From Candidatus Latescibacterota bacterium (GTDB lineage Bacteria > Latescibacterota > 4484-107 > B68-G9): 32,386 nucleotides of DNA. Below the pieces are notes generated by a model that saw only the letters and a program-made list of their open reading frames with translations, was not told where the DNA came from and did not search any database. Shown piece after piece: positions 1-6,936 of this stretch (positions within the stretch are counted from its first letter, which is position 1; each line of letters starts with the position of its first letter). A program made the position numbers and the translations under genes. The stretch lies in assembly GCA_003645885.1 (NCBI GenBank), contig QNCW01000003.1, positions 1-32,386 on the forward strand, in the 5' to 3' direction.

Positions 1-2592
1 ATCGTAGATCGCAAGGTGGACCTCCGCAGGGGACGGGAGGGAGAAGGGGATGACGGTGCATGAGTTGAACGGGTTGGGATAGTTCCGTCCGAGTCCAAAT
101 CCGCAGGGCACCTGCCGGGGGTCTTCCTCCACCCAAGGGGCAGGGGCCAGGACCAAGGCCTTCCTGGACAGATACCTCACAGCCGGCCAATTCTTCTCCT
201 GCCAGATGGCCCTCACTAACACCCTTCCCGGCTTCCAGCCTTCAGTGCTAACTTCGCCCTCATAGACGGTCCCCTGTTTCACCATGACGACGGGGATTAT
301 TTCCCCATCGGGCCTTTCGACGGTGACATCCATCTCCCCCTTCCAAAGGGGATGATGATAGCTCAGCTCCGCTTTTATCACGATCTCCTCCCCAACCGTC
401 GGCTCTTCGGGGAAGACCTGAAGCTTCACCCCAACTACCCCATCGTAACAGCTCTGGTAGTGAGAACCTTCTCCAGAAAGGTTAAATCCGTAAGGAGCGA
501 AACTTTCCGCCCACTGGGGAGTTCCGGGGACATCGCCACTTGAAAGCATCTCCTGCCACTCTTCGTCGGTGAGCCTATCTGCCATGGGATGCTTGAACTC
601 GAAATACGAGAACATCGCTCCCTGGGCCACCACGAGCTCACCTTCCACCTCCACGATGACGTAAAGGTTCAAAGGGCATCCAACTCCTTCCTCCAAACAA
701 AGCCCCGAGTTCGGGTCGGTGTGCACATCGGCTACCACCGCCATATGGTCGTCCGTATCGCTTTCTATCTGGCCGCTTATCTCGGGAGGGAAGGTGACAA
801 GATCTTCTAAACGACCCCCTATCGAACAGATAAGTTCGTATTCTTCGAAGTCCAAGCCCTCGTTCATCAGCTCCTTCTCCGAGATTAGCTTTAGCTTCAA
901 AAGTAACGACTCAAAGGAGTTCAGCTTCTTCTCCACCTCACCTATCAGCAACCCCCTTTCCTCCAGCCCTGTCCTCATAAACCTGGCCAGGGCCGCAAGC
1001 CTGGCATATAGGTGCGGGTTGGGCTCCACGTATCCATGGACGAGGCCCGGAGGAAAGCCACTCGCTCCGACAGTATAGCTCTGCTTGGCATACAGGATGG
1101 TATCGTGCCTGAGTTCCGCCCACGAGCCCAGAGCAGTTATTAGCTCCTTGTCAGCCCATGCGGGGTTCTGCATGAAGGAGGGATATCCCTCGCCCTTGGG
1201 GAAAAGTAGAGGCATAAGGCAATAAAGCCAGTTCCAGTATAGGTTCTGAGCCCATACCTCCTCATCGAAGGAACGAAAGAGCTGCCTTAGGGAGTCAACT
1301 TTGGCCGGATATTCTGGATAAAGCTCACCCTGATGGTACACCGAATCCAATATCGCAGCAGCCCTCTCGGAGCCCAGCACCGAGAGCACGTCCAGACCCA
1401 TCGGAAAGAGCCTGCCCCGCACCTTCGAATAGACAAGTTCCGTGAATATATGGGAATCCGGTATATACCTCTGCCCCATGAACCTGAACCCCTTGGTCAC
1501 ATCCTCGAACTCCTCCCACTCCCATACCCAGGAGGAGCAGATTGCAGGGTCGCGAAGCTTCTTGGCCTCCTCTATGAACTGCGAAAGCTTCCCATCTTCG
1601 GCGAATCCTTCCAAGGGAAGGTTCCGGTAGCCCGGCCCATACACCTTCCTTATAAGCTCCAGGTACTCCTGCACAGTCAAATCGTCCGCCCTCCCGACGA
1701 AGAAGACGGTGGGGGTGTATATCTCATCCCACACCTCCAGAGCAGGCCGACCTTCGACCTCGGTCCGATCTAAGGCAAGCACTATGTAGATGGCCCCGAG
1801 GGTCTCCTCCTTGCCCTTTTCTATTCCTCCCTCCCGAGGAAGTGGTTCGAGCCTGAACATCATCCTGCCGTACCACATCATAGCCTTGAAATACCTCCTC
1901 AGGACCTCGTTCCTGGTATAGTGCCCCCTCGGCTTATACTGGCTGTAGTCCTCCATGTACCCGAAGATGGGAGAAGATTCGAAACCCCTATGGGCATCTA
2001 TCAGGGCCAACTCCGCTTCCACCAGATCCCTTACATACTCCGGGACCGGAGTATCCGGGTCCAATAGCTTAGTAGCCACGGAAAGATAGGCCACATCCCT
2101 CCTCAAGACCTCCTTGACCTTAGGATTTTCTACCTGGTTATACATCTCCTCCATCTGTTCCAGCATCGCCTCGTTCAGAGCATCCAGGTCAGAGCAGAAC
2201 CTCCCGACCTCCAAAAGCCTCAGAATATTGTCGTAGAGCACGTGGAACGTGTGGAGCACGCAGTCGGTCGTAACGAATATGGGGACCTGCCTTTCCATCA
2301 GCTCCTTGTAGATGTCATACATCTGCTTGTAATTACTTGGACTTGCGAAGAAGCCGTTCTTCAAAAGAAGGGCCTTCTCCTCCTCGCCGAAGGAGAACTT
2401 CCCTAAGTTCGCCACGTTGGAGAAGTCCGGCTCGACCACATAAGGCTTGACCTGCGGGACGACTTCCACAGGATATGGCCTGTAAACTCCGAACTCTGTC
2501 CTCACCTCGTGCCTTATCTCCGCCAACATCCCCGCCGATACATCCAATGCTGCGAAGAGGGCCAAAACGAGCGATGCGCCCCTTTTCCACAT
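1..2592 (-). CDS. DUF3160 domain-containing secreted protein with an Ig-like linker and a T9SS type A/FlgD-like C-terminal domain (3'-partial, >864 aa; absent from the ORF track)
   Basis: Translated by hand from the ATG at 2592 (SD AGGAGGAGGTGAG upstream); no in-frame stop down to position 1. N-terminus MWKRGASLVLALFAALDVSA is signal-peptide-like. DUF3160-type motifs: PIFVTTDCVLHTFH, EDYSQYKPRGHYT, YFKAMMWYGR, FRFMGQRYIPD, WAELRHDTILYAKQSY, GYVEPNP, VADVHTDPN, RLTDEEW. The end reads ...FGLGRNYPNPFNSCTVIPFSLPSPAEVHLAIYD (NYPNPFN at 64-84). Confidence 0.9.
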   Translation of the reverse strand, partial: MWKRGASLVLALFAALDVSAGMLAEIRHEVRTEFGVYRPYPVEVVPQVKPYVVEPDFSNVANLGKFSFGEEEKALLLKNGFFASPSNYKQMYDIYKELMERQVPIFVTTDCVLHTFHVLYDNILRLLEVGRFCSDLDALNEAMLEQMEEMYNQVENPKVKEVLRRDVAYLSVATKLLDPDTPVPEYVRDLVEAELALIDAHRGFESSPIFGYMEDYSQYKPRGHYTRNEVLRRYFKAMMWYGRMMFRLEPLPREGGIEKGKEETLGAIYIVLALDRTEVEGRPALEVWDEIYTPTVFFVGRADDLTVQEYLELIRKVYGPGYRNLPLEGFAEDGKLSQFIEEAKKLRDPAICSSWVWEWEEFEDVTKGFRFMGQRYIPDSHIFTELVYSKVRGRLFPMGLDVLSVLGSERAAAILDSVYHQGELYPEYPAKVDSLRQLFRSFDEEVWAQNLYWNWLYCLMPLLFPKGEGYPSFMQNPAWADKELITALGSWAELRHDTILYAKQSYTVGASGFPPGLVHGYVEPNPHLYARLAALARFMRTGLEERGLLIGEVEKKLNSFESLLLKLKLISEKELMNEGLDFEEYELICSIGGRLEDLVTFPPEISGQIESDTDDHMAVVADVHTDPNSGLCLEEGVGCPLNLYVIVEVEGELVVAQGAMFSYFEFKHPMADRLTDEEWQEMLSSGDVPGTPQWAESFAPYGFNLSGEGSHYQSCYDGVVGVKLQVFPEEPTVGEEIVIKAELSYHHPLWKGEMDVTVERPDGEIIPVVMVKQGTVYEGEVSTEGWKPGRVLVRAIWQEKNWPAVRYLSRKALVLAPAPWVEEDPRQVPCGFGLGRNYPNPFNSCTVIPFSLPSPAEVHLAIYD

Positions 2593-2598
2593 TTAGGC

Positions 2599-3648
2599 TC
2601 ACCTCCTCCTAAGTGTCTTCTTGACCTCGCCCCAAGTTACGGGATCTGCCGACAGGAGCTCGAGCTCGAGGGCTTCGGCCAGCTTTACCGGATCGACCCT
2701 ACCTTCGTGTAGGTCCCCCCTGTACGATAAGCTTCCGTGCTCCATGTAGTGGAGGGCGATGTAGGGTACCTCAACCTTGATGTCCTTTAAGGGGTTGACT
2801 ATTACGATGTAGCCCATGTTGACGTATTCGCCGCATATCCCGCACCGCTCTAAGCCCCTCATCGCATATTCCACCTTGTAGGGATGGGTTTTACTCTGGG
2901 CGGTGTCCAGGTCTTCTATGGCCTTCAGCATAACCTTTGCAAGCTGCACCCCGTCGGGCACGCCGTCGTCGTCCGTGTCCGGGTCATCGGGATCGGTGCT
3001 AAGCTTGGTCTCCTCTGAGTCCTTAAGCCCGTCATTATCCCTGTCCTCGGCTATGTAGATTACATGGGGATCGGTCCCCCCGCCCACAGCCGGATGCGAC
3101 GGGAAAAGTATCAAGCATGCCGCAGCTATGCCCCCGACAAGGCTCTTAAGAAGGCCCCGGCCCGAAGCATGCGAAAGCAACTTTTCGCATTCGTCCCATA
3201 TGCGCCTATACTCGGGGAGCAAAAGCGGAGTCACCCGGCATCCCCTGCAGGCCCAGTGGAAGAGGAGCCTCTGGTCCTCGGGAGGAAGGCCGTTCTCGTG
3301 GTACCCCTCCTCTATGAACTCCTCCACGCAACAGGGCGGATAACCGAACAAGAAGCCCTCGAGCCTCATATCGTCCTCGGACTTTGCCACAGGGCTTCCG
3401 GAGAACCTGCGCCTGTATACCTCTATGTAAGAACGGTTAAGTCCGAACAGGAGCTCTTGGACGGTCGTTCCCGAGGGAAGCTTCCTTTCGACGACCACAG
3501 GTCCGAGGCCGAGGGATTCGAGGGTCCTTATCTCCTTCCTCCCGAACGGTCCTTCCCATCTGCTTATGGGCTTTAAGCCCTCGGCCGTCAGAAGCGTCAA
3601 ATACGCCAGCTCAGGGTCCAACCGGACGAGCTTCCCAGCGTCCTTCAT
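2599..3648 (-). CDS. Bipartite hypothetical protein: Cys-rich DUF483-like N-terminal domain, internal signal/TM segment, thrombospondin type-3-like Ca-binding repeats, CxxC/His domain, WGxVK tail
   Basis: 349 aa, SD GGAGGAGG upstream. Motifs EGFLFGYPPCC and HWACRGC, hydrophobic stretch LVGGIAAACLILF, DRDNDGLKD...DTDDDGVPDG, CGIC, HYMEHG, end SADPVTWGEVKKTLRRR. The DUF483 resemblance rests on the GYPxCC motif only. Confidence 0.75.
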   Translation of the reverse strand: MKDAGKLVRLDPELAYLTLLTAEGLKPISRWEGPFGRKEIRTLESLGLGPVVVERKLPSGTTVQELLFGLNRSYIEVYRRRFSGSPVAKSEDDMRLEGFLFGYPPCCVEEFIEEGYHENGLPPEDQRLLFHWACRGCRVTPLLLPEYRRIWDECEKLLSHASGRGLLKSLVGGIAAACLILFPSHPAVGGGTDPHVIYIAEDRDNDGLKDSEETKLSTDPDDPDTDDDGVPDGVQLAKVMLKAIEDLDTAQSKTHPYKVEYAMRGLERCGICGEYVNMGYIVIVNPLKDIKVEVPYIALHYMEHGSLSYRGDLHEGRVDPVKLAEALELELLSADPVTWGEVKKTLRRR

Positions 3649-3669
3649 CGTGTTCCTCCTCCTTGCACA

Positions 3670-3699
3670 AATATAGCTTCTCTACCTTATCGGCGTCAA
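3670..3699 (-). promoter_or_regulatory. Putative sigma70 promoter for the 349-aa/DUF3160 gene pair
   Basis: TTGACG-N18-TATATT on the minus strand, directly after the upstream terminator. Confidence 0.55.
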
Positions 3700-3700
3700 G

Positions 3701-3744
3701 AAAAAAACGACGGGCCAACCGAGAGGCCTCGGCACGGCCCGTCG
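3701..3744 (-). terminator. Intrinsic terminator after the 209-aa secreted protein gene
   Basis: Minus strand CGACGGGCC-gtg-CCGAG-gcct-CTCGG-tt-GGCCCGTCG followed by T7. Confidence 0.8.
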
Positions 3745-3759
3745 GGCGCCGGAACTCAG

Positions 3760-4389
3760 CTACCTGAAGCCGGCCTTCACCTTCCCCCAGGATGAGGGTT
3801 CGACCGCCGTAGCACCGAAGATCTTCCGGAGGGTTTCGGCGTCGTAAGCCTCTTCTTCGATGGCTTCGGAAGCAACGGAGTTCCTTTCACATATAGCCAA
3901 CACCTCGAAGATAACTTCGGGGTCAGAGGCGACCACCTCCGCCTTTATGGTCACCTCCCTGCCGACCCACCCTTCGAGGTCGATGGTGCTACTTTGAAGC
4001 ACGACCTTGTCGTCGAGGGTATAGGTGCCGTCGTCCCTCTTTAAGAGCGTCCCGTAGCCACCTATTACCTGTTGATGAACTTCATCCCCCGGCTCTGTGG
4101 TCTCGTGATGTTCCTCGATCTCCAGCACTTCGATCGTGAGGGGGTCTTCGGATACCACCTCTCCTTTGACGACAACCTCTTTGCCGACGTATGGCTCGAG
4201 GTCGATTCCGCCGCTCCGCAACGCTATGCCGTCGAGGAGATAGGTCCCGCCGTCCTTCTGGAGTATCCCTCGAAGGACCACTATATCGGGGTCGTCTTGG
4301 GCCATAACTAAGGAGACGATAGCAAAAACCACGACGGCGGACCAGAACAGTGCCTTAACTACCGGCCAGAACAACTTCTTCCGTTCCAT
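3760..4389 (-). CDS. Secreted protein with two ~52-aa beta-rich (OB-fold-like) repeats and a WGxVK C-terminal tail
   Basis: 209 aa; SD AAGGAGG; Sec-type signal peptide ending ...SLVMA|QDD; two aligned repeats; ends ATAVEPSSWGKVKAGFR. Confidence 0.85.
   Translation of the reverse strand: MERKKLFWPVVKALFWSAVVVFAIVSLVMAQDDPDIVVLRGILQKDGGTYLLDGIALRSGGIDLEPYVGKEVVVKGEVVSEDPLTIEVLEIEEHHETTEPGDEVHQQVIGGYGTLLKRDDGTYTLDDKVVLQSSTIDLEGWVGREVTIKAEVVASDPEVIFEVLAICERNSVASEAIEEEAYDAETLRKIFGATAVEPSSWGKVKAGFR
3892..4269 (-). repeat. Internal protein-domain duplication in the 209-aa protein
   Basis: aa 41-91 GILQKDGGTYLLDGIALRSGGIDLEPYVGKEVVVKGEVVSEDPLTIEVLEI versus aa 113-166 GTLLKRDDGTYTLDDKVVLQSSTIDLEGWVGREVTIKAEVVASDPEVIFEVLAI. 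Confidence 0.85.
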
Positions 4390-4420
4390 CTTTCCCTCCT
4401 TTTCATTTCCGTCCTCCTTC

Positions 4421-4436
4421 GCTCATCCGGATGAGC
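4421..4436. repeat. Perfect 16-bp palindrome in the 5' leader of the sigma54 transcript
   Basis: GCTCATCCGGATGAGC. Confidence 0.6.
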
Positions 4437-4452
4437 TTCGTCATACTTTTGA

Positions 4453-4469
4453 AGCAACATATGTGCCAA
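4453..4469 (-). promoter_or_regulatory. Sigma54 (RpoN) -24/-12 promoter
   Basis: Minus strand TTGGCACATATGTTGCT matches TGGCAC-N5-TTGCW with exact GG-N10-GC spacing, about 65 bp upstream of the ATG at 4389. Confidence 0.85.
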
Positions 4470-4563
4470 CTCCTTGGGTCCAGAGGCTAATCCTTTAAAC
4501 CGTTATAAAACCGAGATTTTTGAGATTTAGTGATAACACTGAATGTTCCGGAGGAAAGGAACC

Positions 4564-4601
4564 TTTCAAATTTCCGAAGCTCGGCTTTCAGATTTCTGAA
4601 A
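4564..4601. promoter_or_regulatory. Pair of related dyad sites (candidate enhancer/UAS for a sigma54 activator)
   Basis: TTTCAAATTTCCGAAG (4564-4579) and TTTCAGATTTCTGAAA (4586-4601; perfect TTTCAGA-N2-TCTGAAA), 22 bp apart, about 120-160 bp upstream of the predicted sigma54 start site. Confidence 0.55.
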
Positions 4602-4625
4602 TAGTGAAGGCCCTCGATGAATCCC

Positions 4626-4654
4626 TTGACCGGAGGGGAGGCTTGTGGTATATT
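4626..4654 (+). promoter_or_regulatory. Putative sigma70 promoter for the DUF4398 lipoprotein gene
   Basis: TTGACC-N17-TATATT with an extended -10 TGn. A weaker second candidate, TTGCAT-N17-TATTTT, lies at 4708-4736. Confidence 0.6.
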
Positions 4655-4785
4655 CCAGGGGAGAGATGGTCACTCCTTTCATTCTGGAGTGCGGCACAGA
4701 AAAAAACTTGCATATCGGCGGACATCTTATTATTTTTAGCAGAGGACGAGACGAGCATCCACCCTCAAAAAGGAGGTACGGTGCT

Positions 4786-5463
4786 ATGAAGGGAAAGGTT
4801 ATGATGTTGGGAGCCCTGTTGTCCTTAGTAGCATGGGGATGCGCCAAACCCCCTACCCAGGAGATGGAGGCGGCCAAGGCGGCGATCAAGGCGGCCAGGG
4901 ATGCGGAGGCTCAGGTATACGCCCCCGACGAGCTTAAGGCGGCGGAGAAGGCCCTCTCCGACGCTGAGGCCAAGGTCGAGGCGAAGAAGTATAAGGAAGC
5001 CAAACCGTTAGCTATCAAGGCCAAGGAGCTGGCCGATAAGGCCAAGGAACTGGCTGTAAGGAACAAGGAGAAGACCCGCTCGGATGCGGAGGTCGCCTTG
5101 GACGACGCTTCCAAAGCCATCTTTGAAGCCAAGGAGGCGTTGGAAGCCGCTGCCGGGACGCTGTCCAAGGTCGGCAAGGTCCTGCCCGGAAAAAAGAGGG
5201 AAGAGTTCGATAGCGAGTTGGACTCCCTAAAATCCTTGGTCGAGCAGATGGAGAAGGACTTAGAGGCCGGAAGGATGGCGTTCAACAGGGGCGCCTACAA
5301 GGACGCCCTGGAAGGGGCAGAAGATTTGGTGGGGAAGGCCGGGACTTTAAAGGACGAACTTTTGGCCTTAAAGGATAGGATAGTTAAGGCTCGTCCCCTT
5401 CCCTGGTACGAGCGCCTGAAGAGGAAGAGGTTGGAGGAGCTTAGGAAGCAAAAGGGTTCCTGA
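4786..5463 (+). CDS. DUF4398-like alanine-rich coiled-coil lipoprotein
   Basis: Start moved to the ATG at 4786 (SD AGGAGGT). MKGKVMMLGALLSLVAWG|C lipobox, then KPPTQEMEAAKAAIKAARDAEAQVYAPDELKAAE, typical of DUF4398. Confidence 0.8.
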   Translation: MKGKVMMLGALLSLVAWGCAKPPTQEMEAAKAAIKAARDAEAQVYAPDELKAAEKALSDAEAKVEAKKYKEAKPLAIKAKELADKAKELAVRNKEKTRSDAEVALDDASKAIFEAKEALEAAAGTLSKVGKVLPGKKREEFDSELDSLKSLVEQMEKDLEAGRMAFNRGAYKDALEGAEDLVGKAGTLKDELLALKDRIVKARPLPWYERLKRKRLEELRKQKGS

Positions 5464-5481
5464 CATAACCGGTGTCACGCC

Positions 5482-5516
5482 CAGCTACGGCCTTCCGCCG
5501 TAGCTGTTGGCTTTTT
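5482..5516 (+). terminator. Putative intrinsic terminator/hairpin between the lipoprotein gene and gltA
   Basis: CAGCTACGGC-cttcc-GCCGTAGCTG followed by TTGGCTTTTT. Confidence 0.65.
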
Positions 5517-5529
5517 ATGGAGGGGGGAG

Positions 5530-6936
5530 ATGGCGAGAGCTGGAACCATCCCAAGGCAGAGGATGCCCGAACAGGACCCCCAGGTCCGCATCCACAACTT
5601 CCGGGAGGTCCCCTTGGGGTACACCCCAGAGCTTGCCATGAGGGAGGCGGAGAGGTGCCTGCAGTGCAAGAACCCGCAATGTGTCAAGGGATGTCCCGTG
5701 GAGGTCGACATCCCGGGGTTCATCCGGCTGATCCGGGAGGGGGACTTCCTCGGTGCTGCACGCAAGATAAAGGAGACCAATAACCTCCCTGCGATATGTG
5801 GCAGGGTTTGTCCACAGGAGACGCAGTGCGAGAAACTCTGCGTGCTCGGGAGGAGGTACGAGCCCGTGGCCATAGGGAGGTTGGAGAGGTTCGCCGCCGA
5901 CTACGAGAGGGAGCACGGCTACGATCCTCCTGCTCTGCCTCCTCCCACGGGGAAGAAGGTAGCGGTCGTGGGCTCGGGACCTTCGGGGCTAACCGCCGCT
6001 GCGGACCTGGCCAAGATGGGGCATAAGGTAGTGATATTCGAAGGGCTACATGTGCCCGGAGGGGTTTTGGTGTACGGCATACCGGAGTTCCGTCTGCCTA
6101 AGAGCATAGTACAGGCGGAGGTGGACTTCGTCAGGAGCCTCGGGGTGGAGATACGCACCAACTGGGTGATAGGCAAGATACGCACCGTGGACGAGCTTCT
6201 GGAGGAGTACGATGCGGTCTACATAGCGACCGGAGCGGGCGCGCCGACGTTTATGGGCATCCCCGGGGAGAACCTGAACGGGGTGTACTCCGCTAACGAA
6301 TACCTTACCCGTGTCAACCTTATGAAGGCTTATCAGTTTCCCGAAGCTGACACCCCTGTGCGGAGGGGGAGGAAGGTGGCGGTGATAGGTGGAGGGAACG
6401 TCGCCATGGACGCAGCGAGGACGGCCAGGAGGCTCGGGGCGGACGTCACGGTGATATACCGCCGCTCACGGGCGGAGATGCCGGCGAGGCTCGAGGAGGT
6501 ACACCATGCCGAGGAGGAGGGGGTCAATTTCCAGTTCCTCACCAATCCGGTCCGTTACATAGGGAACGACGATGGATGGGTGGTGGCGGCCGAGTGCATA
6601 AGGATGGAGCTTGGGGAACCGGACTCCTCGGGAAGGAGGAGGCCCGTGCCCGTGCCCGGCTCCGAGTTCACGATAGAGGTCGACCAGGTGATAGTGGCCA
6701 TAGGGACACACGCAAATCCTTTGGTCCCTTCTACCACCAGGGACCTCAAGCTCAACGAGAGGGGATATATAGTCGTGGACCCCGAAACCGGGGCCACGAG
6801 CAGGGAAGGGGTCTTCGCAGGGGGCGACATAGTCACGGGAGCTGCGACGGTCATAGAGGCCATGGGAGCCGGAAAGAGGGCGGCCAGGGCCATAGATGCC
6901 TACCTCAGGGGGACGGATGGAGCTGAACGACTTTAA
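5530..6936 (+). CDS. gltA: NADPH-dependent glutamate synthase beta-like (homotetrameric GltA / NfnB / SudA family) Fe-S flavoprotein
   Basis: 468 aa; CLQCKNPQCVKGCP and CGRVCPQETQCEKLC Fe-S motifs; GSGPSG FAD site; YGIPEFRLPK; GGGNVAMDAAR and YRR NADPH site; GGDIVTGAATVIEAMGAG. Confidence 0.9.
   Translation: MARAGTIPRQRMPEQDPQVRIHNFREVPLGYTPELAMREAERCLQCKNPQCVKGCPVEVDIPGFIRLIREGDFLGAARKIKETNNLPAICGRVCPQETQCEKLCVLGRRYEPVAIGRLERFAADYEREHGYDPPALPPPTGKKVAVVGSGPSGLTAAADLAKMGHKVVIFEGLHVPGGVLVYGIPEFRLPKSIVQAEVDFVRSLGVEIRTNWVIGKIRTVDELLEEYDAVYIATGAGAPTFMGIPGENLNGVYSANEYLTRVNLMKAYQFPEADTPVRRGRKVAVIGGGNVAMDAARTARRLGADVTVIYRRSRAEMPARLEEVHHAEEEGVNFQFLTNPVRYIGNDDGWVVAAECIRMELGEPDSSGRRRPVPVPGSEFTIEVDQVIVAIGTHANPLVPSTTRDLKLNERGYIVVDPETGATSREGVFAGGDIVTGAATVIEAMGAGKRAARAIDAYLRGTDGAERL

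Noticed and set aside
352-2712. Short ORFs listed in the track across 352-2712
   Set aside because: They are antisense or alternative-frame shadows of the long DUF3160 gene on the minus strand.
4661-4706. Small hairpin CACTCC...GGAGTG in the lipoprotein leader as a riboswitch, sRNA or CIRCE
   Set aside because: Only a 6-bp stem with no recognisable riboswitch core. It shares CACTC/GAGTG with CIRCE but has N11 spacing and lacks the TTAG/CTAA arms.
4645-4785. 47-aa N-terminal extension of the lipoprotein ORF
   Set aside because: It overlaps promoter elements; the SD and lipoprotein signal peptide point to the ATG at 4786.
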